Positions 15,361 to 25,822 are shown, counted from the stretch's first letter. The stretch: 32,000 nt of DNA from an uncultured Opitutales bacterium (GCA_934613415.1 CAKTSY010000006.1:1-32000); one strand, 5' to 3'. Notes: generated by a model not told the origin, from the letters alone. Numbers and translations are program-made.

Positions 15361-17289
15361 ATGAGAAACATTGCATATATATTGGGGATTTTCTCTTCGC
15401 TTTTAATTTCGTGCACATGCGCGACAGTAGAAAACGACAAAAACACCTGCGCGAAATTTGCAGAGATAGAGCAACCCGCCGAAACGAAAACCGCAACGCT
15501 GGCACTAAACGACGGCGACTTCGACTTTTCGAAGATTAAAGGCCACCCCAGAATTTTCTTTAAAGACAGCGAAATAGATTTCATTAAAAATTCGATAAAA
15601 ACAAACAACGTTGCAAACCGCTACCACAACCAAATAATTAAATCGGCAAAAGAGCACCTAAACGCCCCCAAGCTGGAATACAAGCTGGACGCTTCGGGCA
15701 GGCGTATTTTAGGCATATCCCGCGAATTTTTAAGGCGCATTGCATTGCATGCCTACGCCTATAAGTTCACAAAAGACCCAATATTTTTGGCGGCGGCCGA
15801 AAGGGAAATGCTTAACAGCGCATCGTTTAAGGATTTTAACGACCGCCACTTTTTAGACACAGCCGAAATGGCTCTTGCCCTTAGTATTGGCTACGACGCC
15901 CTTTACAACGAACTTAAACCCGAAACAAGGCAGGCGGTAGAAACCGCCCTTATAGAAAAGGCATTAAAAAGAGCCATTGTGCGCAAATATGTGTACAAGC
16001 TAAGAGATAACTGGAATCAGGTTTGCAGCGCTGCAATGATTACAACCGCCATTTGCGTATTCGAAAAAGACGAAGCTTTAACAAAAGAAATATTAAGAAA
16101 ATGCTCTAACGCCCCGATGCTAACTTTAGACAACTACGCCCCCAACGGAGTATATCCCGAAGGTCTGGCCTATTGGGATTTCGGCACGAGCTTTCAGGTT
16201 TTACACATTAAGGCACTCGAACGCGTTTTCGGCAAAGATTTCGGGCTTTCAAAAGCGCAAGGATTTTTGGAATCGGCAGAATACGAAACTTTGGGAATGT
16301 CGCACACGGGCAAAATCTTTAATTTTAGCGACGCTACCGAAAACTGCCAAATTTCAAGCGCAATTTTTTGGTTTGCAAACAGGTCAAACAACTTGGGCCT
16401 GTTGTCGCCTATAAAGGAAGCAGTTAAAGACCCCAAAAGCGTTGGCGAACACGGCATTACAGTAAAAACTTCGTTTGCAAGGTTGCTGCCTCTTTTTATG
16501 GACGACATAGCCGCAGTTGATTTCGATAAAATCCCAGAAAAATCTACGCCCTTTAAAATAGGCTTGGGGCCCTGCTCTATCGCGCTAATTAGAGGCTCTA
16601 TTAACGGCCAACCCGTATTTATTGGCGTAAAGGCGGGCATGGACGCCAACAACCACGGCCACGCCGACACAGGCTCTTTTGTTTTGGATATAGGCGAAAC
16701 CCGCTTTGTAAGCGACATTGCAATTTTGCCCTACCAGATGATGGAAAAAAACAAGATTAACCTTTGGGACAAAAAACAAGATTCCGAAAGATGGCGTCTT
16801 ATTAGGTACACAAATTCTTCGCACTCTACCCTTACGGTAAACGGCAAAGTGCACAATGTTTATGCAAAAGCCCCCATTGTAGGCAAGATAGACAATGCCG
16901 CTTGCCGCGGAGTTTTAATAGACCTAACAGCCCCCCTTGCGCCCGAAGTAGAAAAAGCAACGCGCGCAATAAAGCTAATCGACAATAAAAAAATAGAAAT
17001 TGTAGACACTATAAAAGCCCCCGAGCAAAAAGACGCCGAAGTTGTATTTTGCATACCAACCCAAGCCGAAGTTAAAATGGAAAAAGATTCTATTTTTTTG
17101 AAAAGGGACAATAAAACGCTGAAAATTTCGGCAACTTCTAACGCAAATACAAAGCCCGAAATGTTCGACCGAAAACCGACAAACCCGAAAGACTACTTTT
17201 TGGACAACTACTTTTTAACAGGCTTTAAAAGCACGGTAAAGAAAGGCCAAACAGCCGTAATTAAAACCGAAATCACGCTTTTAAACTAG
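15361..17289 (+). CDS. Heparinase II/III-like (alginate-lyase-fold) polysaccharide lyase family lipoprotein.
   Basis: The start at 15361 gives MRNIAYILGIFSSLLISC, a lipobox. The C-terminal motif NNHGHADTGSFVLDIGETRFV is typical of the heparinase II/III domain. The N-terminal half looks like an alpha/alpha toroid. Confidence 0.6.
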   Translation: MRNIAYILGIFSSLLISCTCATVENDKNTCAKFAEIEQPAETKTATLALNDGDFDFSKIKGHPRIFFKDSEIDFIKNSIKTNNVANRYHNQIIKSAKEHLNAPKLEYKLDASGRRILGISREFLRRIALHAYAYKFTKDPIFLAAAEREMLNSASFKDFNDRHFLDTAEMALALSIGYDALYNELKPETRQAVETALIEKALKRAIVRKYVYKLRDNWNQVCSAAMITTAICVFEKDEALTKEILRKCSNAPMLTLDNYAPNGVYPEGLAYWDFGTSFQVLHIKALERVFGKDFGLSKAQGFLESAEYETLGMSHTGKIFNFSDATENCQISSAIFWFANRSNNLGLLSPIKEAVKDPKSVGEHGITVKTSFARLLPLFMDDIAAVDFDKIPEKSTPFKIGLGPCSIALIRGSINGQPVFIGVKAGMDANNHGHADTGSFVLDIGETRFVSDIAILPYQMMEKNKINLWDKKQDSERWRLIRYTNSSHSTLTVNGKVHNVYAKAPIVGKIDNAACRGVLIDLTAPLAPEVEKATRAIKLIDNKKIEIVDTIKAPEQKDAEVVFCIPTQAEVKMEKDSIFLKRDNKTLKISATSNANTKPEMFDRKPTNPKDYFLDNYFLTGFKSTVKKGQTAVIKTEITLLN

Positions 17290-17316
17290 TTTTTGTCTTA
17301 AATTTAAAATAATTAA

Positions 17317-17349
17317 AATGCGCAAGACCTTTGGGTTTTGCGCATTTTT
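17317..17349 (+). terminator. Rho-independent terminator after the lyase-like gene.
   Basis: 9-bp stem aatgcgcaa/ttgcgcatt followed by a T-run. It overlaps the ORF-track start at 17318, which argues against that start. Confidence 0.7.
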
Positions 17350-17360
17350 ATTGAATTTTT

Positions 17361-17389
17361 TTGACAACTATTTGCCTGCCCATTTTAAT
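17361..17389 (+). promoter_or_regulatory. Sigma70-like promoter: TTGACA, 17-nt spacer, TTTAAT.
   Basis: Perfect -35 hexamer, 5/6 match at -10, ending 9 nt upstream of the ATG at 17399. Confidence 0.45.
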
Positions 17390-17398
17390 TTTCAGCGT

Positions 17399-19804
17399 AT
17401 GAATATGAAAAGACGTATATTTACTTTTGCCGCAGCTTTGTTTGCGGCCGCAATGGGGGCAACTTCGCTTTACGCAAATCCGAAAGTACAACCCGAAACG
17501 GAGGAAACTTTTGCGCACATTCCGCAGGCGCTAAAACAGGCACGCTGGCTGTGGCCCTATCCCGCAAGCTGGTACGACATTCACAACAGCTACGCCCTTT
17601 TTAGGCATGCCTTCGAATTGGGCAAATTGCCCGAAAAGGCAATTTTATACATCAGTGCCGACCAGCAATATATGCTGTATATAAACGGCAAATATGTAAA
17701 CCGCGGCCCCGCCCGAGCCATGCACGAGCACTATAGCTACGACGAAATCGATGTTTTGCCGTATTTAAAAACGGGCAAAAACCTTATTGCCATACGCGCC
17801 TACAATTCGGGCAAAAGCACGTTTTCGTATGTGCATCAGGCAAATGCGGGCGTGATTTTTGCGCTGGAAACCGACGGCAAAACCAAAACCGTTTCGTGTG
17901 TGCCAAAAACAAAATGCATACGCGAAAACGCAAATTATAGGGACAGCGTAACGCAGTCTCTGCAGCTAAACTATCAAGAACATTTTGATATGAACAAGGC
18001 CCAAATTGGCTGGCAAAGTCTGGATTTTGACGATTCAAAGTGGGGCAGGGCCGAAGGCGACCGCGCCTACAACGCAATGCCCTACTACAACCTTCAGGCG
18101 CGCGGAACGCCTATGTGCGACACAAACATAATTACAAGCTTTGCCATTTTGGCAAAGGCAAACGGCAAAACGCTAACCGAAAGCGACACATTCCGCAACA
18201 TTTGCGAGCTTTACGACTTGGAAAAAGCAAACGGCTTTAAAAAGACCGAAAACGCCCCAAAAATAAACGTTGCAAAAAATCCCCAGGGCGAATTTAGCTC
18301 GTACATTATCGACTTCGGCAAAACCGTTGTAGGCACGCCTATTCTGAAAATAGAAAATGCAGAGGGCTGCGAAATTGTAGATATGGTTTTAAGCGAAAAA
18401 ATCGACGAAAATTTCAACATAGACAACCGCTATAAAACCCACAGCAAGCCCGCGGTTTCGAACAGGCTTATATGCAAAAAGGGCTTAAACGAGCACGAGT
18501 TTTTCTCGATTTGCGGCTTTAGGTATATGGAAATTAGGGTGCGCAAAAACAACAATTCAAACATTTCGATTACGCCGTCGCTTAGGTGGTCTAACTACCC
18601 CTTGGGCAGCGAGGGCGTTTTTGAATGTTCCGACAAGCTTGCAAACGAAATTTGGAAAGCTTCGGTGCACACCCAGCGTTGCTGCGCAATGGACGGTTAT
18701 GTAGACACCCCCTACCGCGAACAGGCGCAATGGTGGGGCGACGCCCGCGTGCAGGCGTGGAACACATTCTTTATTTCGGGCGATGCGCGCCTTTTAAGAA
18801 GGGGCATAAACATATTGTCGCAACAGACTTTACCCAACGGGCTAACCTACGGGCACGCCCCCACAATGGCGCACACCTGCATTTTGCCAGACTTTTCGCT
18901 AATATGGATTTTAACGCTGTACGACCACTATTGGCAGACGGGCAACGCCGAAGCATATATAGCACACCGCGACACCGTCATGGGCATTTTAAACTACTTT
19001 AACGGGCAGTTCGGCACAAACGGCCTTTTAAAATTCGATAAACGCTACTGGCTGTTTTTGGATTGGTCGCCCATACAAAAAAACGGCAGCCCCGCCGTAT
19101 ACAATTTGCTTTATTTGTATGCAATGCAAAAAATGCAGCAGCTTTGCGAAGAAAATGGCTTTAAAGACGACGCCAAAATGTTTGCCGAGCGCGCCATAAA
19201 ACACGAAACGGCAATTATAGCAAACCTGCTGGACAAAAACGGACTTATACACGATGGTATTTTGCCCGACAAAACTCTAAACGAAAAGTGCGGCATACAC
19301 GCGCAAACCTTGGCAAAAATGTGCAACATAAAGGGCTTTAATTTCGAAAAAGCCTTAAACGAAATTCTGCTGCCCTTTGTAAGAGAAAAAACTCCCGTAA
19401 GGGAATACAACGCAAAGCGCGACAAGCCGGTGCCATCGTCTTTTTGGGTTGTATACCTTTTGCAGGTGCTGGACGAGCAGGGCAAATACGCCAAAGACAT
19501 ATACGACTTTTATATGCGAAATTGGGACATTATGGCAGAATACGGCGGAACTTTTGAAGGGTACCCAATAACTTCTAGCTCGCGCTCGCACGCATGGACT
19601 GCGCACCCTGCCTTTATGCTGCCGAGAATTATTGGCGGCGTACGCCAAACGTCGGCAGGCTGGAAAAGCGTAAGCTTTAAACCCGCAACGTTTATAGACA
19701 ATGCAAAAATTGTGTATCCAACCCCCAACGGCAAAATTAGCGTAGATATACAAAACGGAAAGGCAAAGTTGTCTTTGCCCGATTCCATAACGCTAAGCAA
19801 ATAA
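17399..19804 (+). CDS. GH78-like alpha-L-rhamnosidase family glycoside hydrolase, secreted.
   Basis: Signal peptide MNMKRRIFTFAAALFAAAMGATSLYA. N-terminal domain pattern ARWLWPY ... AILYISADQQYMLYINGKYVNRGPAR ... NLIAIRAYN. Six-hairpin motif DTPYREQAQWWGD. Confidence 0.6.
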   Translation: MNMKRRIFTFAAALFAAAMGATSLYANPKVQPETEETFAHIPQALKQARWLWPYPASWYDIHNSYALFRHAFELGKLPEKAILYISADQQYMLYINGKYVNRGPARAMHEHYSYDEIDVLPYLKTGKNLIAIRAYNSGKSTFSYVHQANAGVIFALETDGKTKTVSCVPKTKCIRENANYRDSVTQSLQLNYQEHFDMNKAQIGWQSLDFDDSKWGRAEGDRAYNAMPYYNLQARGTPMCDTNIITSFAILAKANGKTLTESDTFRNICELYDLEKANGFKKTENAPKINVAKNPQGEFSSYIIDFGKTVVGTPILKIENAEGCEIVDMVLSEKIDENFNIDNRYKTHSKPAVSNRLICKKGLNEHEFFSICGFRYMEIRVRKNNNSNISITPSLRWSNYPLGSEGVFECSDKLANEIWKASVHTQRCCAMDGYVDTPYREQAQWWGDARVQAWNTFFISGDARLLRRGINILSQQTLPNGLTYGHAPTMAHTCILPDFSLIWILTLYDHYWQTGNAEAYIAHRDTVMGILNYFNGQFGTNGLLKFDKRYWLFLDWSPIQKNGSPAVYNLLYLYAMQKMQQLCEENGFKDDAKMFAERAIKHETAIIANLLDKNGLIHDGILPDKTLNEKCGIHAQTLAKMCNIKGFNFEKALNEILLPFVREKTPVREYNAKRDKPVPSSFWVVYLLQVLDEQGKYAKDIYDFYMRNWDIMAEYGGTFEGYPITSSSRSHAWTAHPAFMLPRIIGGVRQTSAGWKSVSFKPATFIDNAKIVYPTPNGKISVDIQNGKAKLSLPDSITLSK

Positions 19805-19825
19805 AAAAGCTTTGCAACAAAGGCA

Positions 19826-19866
19826 CAAAAAAACCGCAGTTCAAAAAAACTGCGGTTTATTTTTTT
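19826..19866. terminator. Bidirectional terminator shared by the glycosidase gene and tRNA-Pro.
   Basis: 10-bp stem aaaccgcagt/actgcggttt, with an A-run before and a long T-run after. Confidence 0.8.
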
Positions 19867-19872
19867 AAAAAG

Positions 19873-19946
19873 TCGAGGCGAGTGGATTCGAACCACCGGC
19901 CTCTACGTCCCGAACGTAGCGCTCTACCAGGCTAAGCTACGCCTCG
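19873..19946 (-). tRNA. tRNA-Pro (anticodon CGG); CCA not encoded.
   Basis: Manual cloverleaf: CGAGGCG TA GCTT-AGCCTGGTA-GAGC G CTACG-TTCGGGA-CGTAG AGGCC GGTGG-TTCGAAT-CCACT CGCCTCG A. Length 74 nt. Confidence 0.9.
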
Positions 19947-20016
19947 AATTTTTAAATGTGAAGTTATATTTATGCTGTAATGCAAAAAATATTCAAGCAA
20001 AATTTTCTACTTATAG

Positions 20017-20346
20017 CTAGTGTTGCGAAATAAGGCTAATGCCCACAATGCCTATAATTATTAGCGAAAGGAAAAATATCTGCAAAAAATTTGAAGGCTC
20101 GTTAAAAAGCAAAATGCCCGCAATTACCGCCCCCGCTGCGCCCATACCCGTCCATATCGCATACGAAACCCCAACGGGCAAATAGCGTATCGCCAAATTC
20201 AAAAGCAAAAAGCTCGAAACAATACTAACAACCATTCCCGCCGAAGGACAAAGCTTTGTAAAGTTTTCGGAGTATTTTAGGCAAACAACCCAAGATACTT
20301 CCAAAAAGCCCGCAATAAATAAAAATATCCAGGACAACAATATCAT
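20017..20346 (-). CDS. sugE: SMR-family small multidrug/guanidinium exporter (SugE/Gdx-like).
   Basis: 109 aa with four TM segments. Conserved membrane Glu (GFLEVSW) and the YAIWTGMGAAG motif. Confidence 0.8.
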   Translation of the reverse strand: MILLSWIFLFIAGFLEVSWVVCLKYSENFTKLCPSAGMVVSIVSSFLLLNLAIRYLPVGVSYAIWTGMGAAGAVIAGILLFNEPSNFLQIFFLSLIIIGIVGISLISQH

Positions 20347-20589
20347 AATAAAAGCCGAAATTCTTTTACTTTATGCCGAAATTTGCAAGGTTTGATTTCT
20401 CCGAAAAATTTTTTAAATTTATACTTGACAAATTTGGTAGAGAATAAAATTATAGGCTCATAAAAATTAAACCTTGGGCTAAATTTACGATTTTGCAAAC
20501 GTTTTGGCATATATAAAACAAGACAAAAACGCAAATTGACAGCCTTAAATTTAAAATATAAACACTACCAAATAAGGAGATATTAAAAA

Positions 20590-21510
20590 ATGAAAATAGC
20601 TAACAACATTCTCGAACTTGTAGGCAAAACCCCGCTTGTTAGAATTAACAAGCTAAACAATTCAACCGCCGAAGTTTTGGCAAAGCTTGAATTCTTTAAC
20701 CCGTCGGGCTCGGTAAAAGATCGGGCAGCCCTTGCAATGATTGAAGATGCCGAAAAAAAGGGTATCTTAAAAAAGGGTGCGCTTATCATAGAACCTACCA
20801 GCGGCAACACCGGCATTGGCTTGGCTTTGGTTTCGGCGGTAAAGGGCTATAGGCTTATTCTTACAATGCCCGAAACCATGAGTGTTGAACGCCGCAAGTT
20901 CCTGCTAAGCTTGGGGGCAGAACTTGTTTTAACCGACGGCGCAAAAGGCATGAAAGGCGCAATAGAAAAAGCTTTGGAATTAAAAGAGCAAAACTCAAAC
21001 GCATTTATTCCCCAGCAGTTCGAAAACCCCGCAAACTCTGCAATTCATAGGCTTACCACCGGCAGAGAAATTTGGGAAGATACCGACGGCACTGTAGACA
21101 TTGTAGTTGCAGGCGTTGGCACCGGCGGCACAATTAGCGGCATAGGCGAAGTCCTTAAGCCCTTAAAACCCTCGGTAAAAATCTATGCTGTAGAACCCTT
21201 TACTTCTCCCGTTCTTTCGGGCGGTAAACCCGGCCCGCACAAGATTCAGGGCATAGGAGCAGGCTTTGTTCCCAAAATTTACGAAAGCTCGGTTGTAGAC
21301 GGCGTAATTAGGGTAAAAGATGCCGATGCCGGCGACACCGCCCGCAGGCTTGCAAAAGAAGAAGGCATACACTCGGGCATCTCGGCGGGAGCCGCAGTTT
21401 TTGCCGCGCTTGAATTGGCAAAACAACCCGAAAACGCGGGCAAAAAGATTGTAGCCATTGTTCCCGACACGGGCACACGCTACTTGTCTACCTGGCTTTA
21501 TAGCGATTAA
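20590..21510 (+). CDS. cysK: Cysteine synthase A (O-acetylserine sulfhydrylase).
   Basis: Motifs NPSGSVKDR (PLP lysine), [31 protein letters not shown] at 20573-20579. Confidence 0.9.
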   Translation: MKIANNILELVGKTPLVRINKLNNSTAEVLAKLEFFNPSGSVKDRAALAMIEDAEKKGILKKGALIIEPTSGNTGIGLALVSAVKGYRLILTMPETMSVERRKFLLSLGAELVLTDGAKGMKGAIEKALELKEQNSNAFIPQQFENPANSAIHRLTTGREIWEDTDGTVDIVVAGVGTGGTISGIGEVLKPLKPSVKIYAVEPFTSPVLSGGKPGPHKIQGIGAGFVPKIYESSVVDGVIRVKDADAGDTARRLAKEEGIHSGISAGAAVFAALELAKQPENAGKKIVAIVPDTGTRYLSTWLYSD

Positions 21511-21558
21511 AAATTAATACCCTATCTTTAGGCACATATTTGTGTTGGTGCATAAACA

Positions 21559-21596
21559 AGCCGCTTGTAATTTTTATTGCAAGCGGCTCTCTTTTT
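21559..21596 (+). terminator. cysK terminator.
   Basis: 9-bp stem agccgcttg/caagcggct followed by a T-rich tract. Confidence 0.65.
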
Positions 21597-21692
21597 GCCT
21601 CCATAGGCATAAAAAACCTCCGTATTTACGAATAAAGTCCATTAAAAAATGTATTTGCACAAAGCCAATACTCTCTACAATTAGCGGCGCAC

Positions 21693-21719
21693 AAAAAAAC
21701 GAGCCATAAAAGTGGCTCG
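21693..21719 (-). terminator. Terminator of the PEP-CTERM protein gene.
   Basis: Stem cgagcca/tggctcg, followed on the minus strand by a 7-nt U-tract. Confidence 0.6.
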
Positions 21720-21748
21720 TTTCGATTTTCACATTCTTATTTATAAAA

Positions 21749-24133
21749 TTATTTTCTTCTGCGATAGATTGCAAACGCCAGAGCCAAAGCTCCGAATATT
21801 GCCGCCCATGTAGACGGTTCTGGAACTTCGAATGTGGCGGTAAAGGTGTTGTCGCCGCCGCCGAATGTTACTTTGTAGCCGTTATAGTCTATAAAAGTAC
21901 CTTTTATGGTCTCCAACGAAGCATTGTATTTTGAAGGATCGTCGAAGAATATCAATTCGTAGGTTTGACCGTCTTCGTAATTGGCAAAGGCAAAATCGCT
22001 TGCCAAAATGTCGCCCATAAGCGATGCGCTGTCGGAGAAAATCAAGCTAGAACCCGAAGCCAAATCAAATTCTAATTTGCCGCTTGCAAAGTCTACAACC
22101 GAATATCCTCCAAAAGTCGCGGCACCTTTAATGGCAAAAACGCCGCCCGATATATTAACTTTGCTTGCAAATGATTCTGCTGTAGATTTGTTGAACGTCA
22201 TATTGCCGTCTATCTGCAGGCGGCCTGCAACGTTCACGGCAAGCTCTTTTGTAGCCCCAGCATTCAGCGCGTCTTGCAAATTGCCTTTTATAACAAGTGC
22301 GCCGCCACTGTTTACATTTAGCACACCGCCTGTCGAAAGCGTTATTGTACCCGTAGCGGTTGTGGAATTATTGATATTAAGCGTGCCCGCAGAACCTACG
22401 TTTAAATAGCTGCTTGAATTAAAAGTTGAGCCTTCATTTAAGGTAAGCGAACCCGTGTTGATGGAAATTTGGGATTTTTGATTCCAAGTTGCGCCGCTTT
22501 CCAAAACAACATTGCCGCCGTTTAAGTGGTCTATGGCATTTTGGTTAAAGGTGCCGTATATTGTGTGGTTGCCCGCATTAAAGCGCACTGTTGTCCCGCC
22601 ATTTTGCGTCATTGTGCCGCGCACTGTAAGCGACGAGCCCGAACCGAACAAAACTGTGCCCGCGCTCTTTATGCCGTCTACAGTTTCGGTTCCAACCAAA
22701 AAGTTTGCGCCCTCTTCTATATTAACCGCCGTTTTATCGAATGTTACGCCGCCTGTTACATTAAGATTGCCGCCGTTTTTAACGTTCAGCGTGGAATTGT
22801 TCGAAAACTTTATTGTGTTAAAGTCTTTGTCTTGGTCGGTGGTTACACCGTCTCTGTCTTGAACCGCCTTTTCTTTGCCGCCGCTCTTTAAAGCAAGTGT
22901 GCCATACACGTCTACAGTGCCGCCGCTTGAAGCAAACGAGCTTTTTGCCGTGGCTTTTCCGTCGGCAATAGTTTCGTCTACAATGGCAGTGCCCTTAACG
23001 GTAAAGTTGCCCTGCCCAATAGAAAGCAAACCTTTGCTTTCAAAAAGCGCGTCTTCTTCTACCGTATAATTAAATGTTGTAGAAACTGCCCCAAAAGAAA
23101 ATGTGCCGTTGTTTGTAAACGAGCCAAACTGGCTGTGGTTGTCGCCGCCCGCAAATTTAATAGTGCCGTTATTTATAAAGCTGCCGCTTTTTGTTAAAAT
23201 AAAGTTGGCGGCTTTTTCAACAACGGTTGTTCCGTCATTTTCGAAAGTGCCCACCAAATTTTGGTTGTAGCCGTTTAGGTTTACGGTAGCCCCGGCCTCG
23301 TTAACAATGTCGCCAATATATACATTGGGCATATCGTACGACGCCGAATTGTAGTTTGCGCTGCCCAAAGTTAAAGTGCTTTTATTTTGCGACTTTTTGC
23401 CTTCGGTTACCGAATATGTGCCGTCTTCGTTTTTGGTTACGCCAAGCCTTGTTTCCTGTATATAGTTGTAGATACGGAAAGCGTTTGCATTTATAACAAC
23501 TTGGCCAATATCTACCAAAGCCCTGGTGCCGTATTTAAGCGAGCCGTTTGTAACGGCATCGGCCATCCCGATAATTTCAAGATTTTTTGCGCCGTTAAGG
23601 GTTACCGTGTCGCTTACGGTAAAGTTGTTTCTGGTAATATCTTCCGACCTATTGTCTGCCGTAGTAAGCGTAAAGGTTGCGCTGGTAAACATTGCATCGG
23701 TGAAATTCTGCGTAAGGTTTGCAACCGAAAACGAGTTGCCGCCATTGTGCATAGAATTTACCATTTTCCTAACGCCGCGGCCTTCCTCCATTTGCTCTAA
23801 CTGCAAGAAGTCGTAGTTATTGTTGCCAGCCTTTTCCTGCCAAACGGTTTCGCTTGTGTAATAGTCGTTAAAAAATACGTTTGCAGTAGAATCTGTTCTT
23901 GGAGATTTGCTTGCCCTAACTGCGGTTGCAACATCGCTTGTGGTATACCAGTTGTTTGCGTCAGCCGCGTAGTTGCTATTGTTGCCCGAAGCCCTGTCGC
24001 CCGTTTTTTCCGAAGCAGGCAGGTTGTCCCAAGCCGGAGTCGTAAGCCCGAACATTAAATAATAGTCAGTGCCGAACGCCATAGAGGCGGCTCCTATAAA
24101 CAAACTTGCCAAAAATGCTTTTGTAGAATTCAT
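21749..24133 (-). CDS. PEP-CTERM-anchored secreted protein with autotransporter-associated beta-strand repeats.
   Basis: The ATG at 24133 has an AGGAG RBS 8 nt upstream and gives the signal peptide MNSTKAFLASLFIGAASMAFG. Many repeats of the form G..T/N..G.L.V / FxNNGT. C-terminal VPEPSTWAAIFGALALAFAIYRRRK is a PEP-CTERM sorting signal. Confidence 0.8.
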   Translation of the reverse strand: MNSTKAFLASLFIGAASMAFGTDYYLMFGLTTPAWDNLPASEKTGDRASGNNSNYAADANNWYTTSDVATAVRASKSPRTDSTANVFFNDYYTSETVWQEKAGNNNYDFLQLEQMEEGRGVRKMVNSMHNGGNSFSVANLTQNFTDAMFTSATFTLTTADNRSEDITRNNFTVSDTVTLNGAKNLEIIGMADAVTNGSLKYGTRALVDIGQVVINANAFRIYNYIQETRLGVTKNEDGTYSVTEGKKSQNKSTLTLGSANYNSASYDMPNVYIGDIVNEAGATVNLNGYNQNLVGTFENDGTTVVEKAANFILTKSGSFINNGTIKFAGGDNHSQFGSFTNNGTFSFGAVSTTFNYTVEEDALFESKGLLSIGQGNFTVKGTAIVDETIADGKATAKSSFASSGGTVDVYGTLALKSGGKEKAVQDRDGVTTDQDKDFNTIKFSNNSTLNVKNGGNLNVTGGVTFDKTAVNIEEGANFLVGTETVDGIKSAGTVLFGSGSSLTVRGTMTQNGGTTVRFNAGNHTIYGTFNQNAIDHLNGGNVVLESGATWNQKSQISINTGSLTLNEGSTFNSSSYLNVGSAGTLNINNSTTATGTITLSTGGVLNVNSGGALVIKGNLQDALNAGATKELAVNVAGRLQIDGNMTFNKSTAESFASKVNISGGVFAIKGAATFGGYSVVDFASGKLEFDLASGSSLIFSDSASLMGDILASDFAFANYEDGQTYELIFFDDPSKYNASLETIKGTFIDYNGYKVTFGGGDNTFTATFEVPEPSTWAAIFGALALAFAIYRRRK

Positions 24134-24228
24134 ATAAAACACTCCTTTTATTTTTGTATTGCGCGGGCAGACTAACTTAGCAACACTCAACTAGTCAATA
24201 CTATTTTTAAGAAAACCTTCAACTTACA

Positions 24229-24263
24229 CAAAAAAACTCCGCAAAAAAATTGCGGAGTTTTTT
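24229..24263 (-). terminator. guaA terminator; bidirectional hairpin.
   Basis: aactccgca/tgcggagtt stem flanked by an A-run and a T-run. Confidence 0.75.
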
Positions 24264-24272
24264 GTAAAAAGC

Positions 24273-25811
24273 CTATTCCCATTCTATTGTAGACGGCGGT
24301 TTCGACGAAATATCCAAAACCACTCGATTTACACCCTTAACTTCGTTAATTATGCGGCTAGATATTTTTGCGAGAACATCGTAGGGAATGTGCGCCCAGT
24401 CCGCCGTCATTGCATCTACCGATTCCACAATCCTAAGCGCAATAACGTTGTCGTAGGTGCGTTCGTCGCCCATAACACCAACGGTTTTTACCGGCAAGAA
24501 TACGCAAAATGCCTGCCACACGCTGTAGTACAAGCCCGAAGCTTTCATTTCTTCTATAAGAATTGCGTCGGCTTCGCGCAAGATATCCAAACGCTTTTTG
24601 GTAATGTCGCCAACAACCCTAACGCCCAATCCCGGCCCGGGGAAGGGATGACGCCACAAAACTTCTTTCGACAGGCCCAACTCTTTGCCCAGAGCGCGAA
24701 CTTCGTCTTTAAACAATTCGCGCAAAGGCTCTAGGAGTTTTAGCTTCATCTTTTTGGGCAGACCGCCAACATTGTGGTGGCTTTTTATCAAAGCCGCAGG
24801 GTTGCCGGCAATCGGCACGCTTTCTATAACGTCGGGGTACAAAGTGCCCTGCGCTAAAAAGTCTACATTGCCAAGCTTTTTAACCTCTCTGTCGAAAATG
24901 GTTATAAACGTTTTGCCTATAATCTTGCGCTTGCGTTCGGGGTCTTTTACGCCCTTTAGTTTTTTAAGGAAAACACCTTCGGCCTTGGCGGTAACCATCT
25001 TCATTTTAAAGTTATTTTTAAAGAGGTCTTCAACCGCCTTTCGTTCGTTTTTGCGCAAAAGCCCGTTGTCTACAAAAACGCAAGTAAGCTGTTTGCCTAT
25101 TGCCTTGTGTATAAGGGCTGCCGCCACCGACGAGTCTACCCCGCCACTAAGCCCTAAAATAACCTTTTTGTCGCCAACTTTTTCGCGAATGTCGGCAACC
25201 GCTTTGTCGATATAATTCGACATAGTCCAATCGCCCTTACATTTGCAGATGTTGAACAAAAAGTTCTTTATAATTTCCATACCCTTTGGCGTATGCGCAA
25301 CTTCGGGGTGGAATTGCATTCCGTAAAACTTGCGCTTGCCATCTTCTATAAGAGCAAATTCCGAATTTTCGGTAACGCCTATAGATTTAAAACCTTCGGG
25401 CAGCTGAACAATTCTGTCGCCGTGCGAATTCCAAACTTTCATGGGCGACTTAATGCCCTTTAAAAGCTCGCCTTGAGCCTTAAACGAAAGCCGACCGTGG
25501 CCGTATTCGCGCTGCGCGCTGGAAACTACCTTGCCTCCGAGCATTTTGCCCATAAGCTGAAGCCCGTAGCAAATGCCCATAACGGGAACGCCAAGTTTAA
25601 ATATGCCCGCATCGGGACGCGGCGAACCTTTTGCCAAAACGCTTGCGGGCCCGCCCGACAGTATAATGCCGACTACCCCCTGTTTTTTAAGTTCGCTTGC
25701 CTTTGTGCCAAAGGGCATAATTTCGGAAAACACGTTGCATTCCCTTATTCTGCGGGCAATAACCTGCGTATATTGGGAACCGAAATCTAGTACGGCTATT
25801 TTTTGATTCAT
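24273..25811 (-). CDS. guaA: GMP synthase (glutamine-hydrolysing).
   Basis: [24 protein letters not shown] is the canonical N-terminus. Also SGGVDSS (ATP-PPase motif) and the C-terminal PPSTIEWE. The ORF-track start at 25994 adds 61 implausible residues. Confidence 0.92.
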   Translation of the reverse strand: MNQKIAVLDFGSQYTQVIARRIRECNVFSEIMPFGTKASELKKQGVVGIILSGGPASVLAKGSPRPDAGIFKLGVPVMGICYGLQLMGKMLGGKVVSSAQREYGHGRLSFKAQGELLKGIKSPMKVWNSHGDRIVQLPEGFKSIGVTENSEFALIEDGKRKFYGMQFHPEVAHTPKGMEIIKNFLFNICKCKGDWTMSNYIDKAVADIREKVGDKKVILGLSGGVDSSVAAALIHKAIGKQLTCVFVDNGLLRKNERKAVEDLFKNNFKMKMVTAKAEGVFLKKLKGVKDPERKRKIIGKTFITIFDREVKKLGNVDFLAQGTLYPDVIESVPIAGNPAALIKSHHNVGGLPKKMKLKLLEPLRELFKDEVRALGKELGLSKEVLWRHPFPGPGLGVRVVGDITKKRLDILREADAILIEEMKASGLYYSVWQAFCVFLPVKTVGVMGDERTYDNVIALRIVESVDAMTADWAHIPYDVLAKISSRIINEVKGVNRVVLDISSKPPSTIEWE

Positions 25812-25822
25812 ATAAATTTTTG

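Noticed and set aside
15325-17398. Upstream start codons at 15325 (lyase-like gene) and 17318 (GH78-like gene).
   Set aside because: Downstream ATGs give a proper lipobox or signal peptide. The 17318 start lies inside a terminator hairpin and upstream of the promoter.
19510-19896. 128-aa minus-strand ORF overlapping the end of the glycosidase gene.
   Set aside because: It starts inside tRNA-Pro and its terminator, and it lies antisense to a well-supported gene.
20347-20589. Searched the SugE/Gdx leader for a guanidine riboswitch (ykkC, mini-ykkC ACGR hairpins, ykkC-III). Also noted a gccgaaatt direct repeat 21 bp apart (20354-20362 and 20375-20383).
   Set aside because: No ACGR-loop hairpin pair and no ykkC-like conserved core are visible on the minus strand. 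A TTGCAA-N17-AAGAAT promoter-like element lies only 13 nt from the ATG, leaving no room for a riboswitch. The 9-nt repeat alone is weak evidence for anything.
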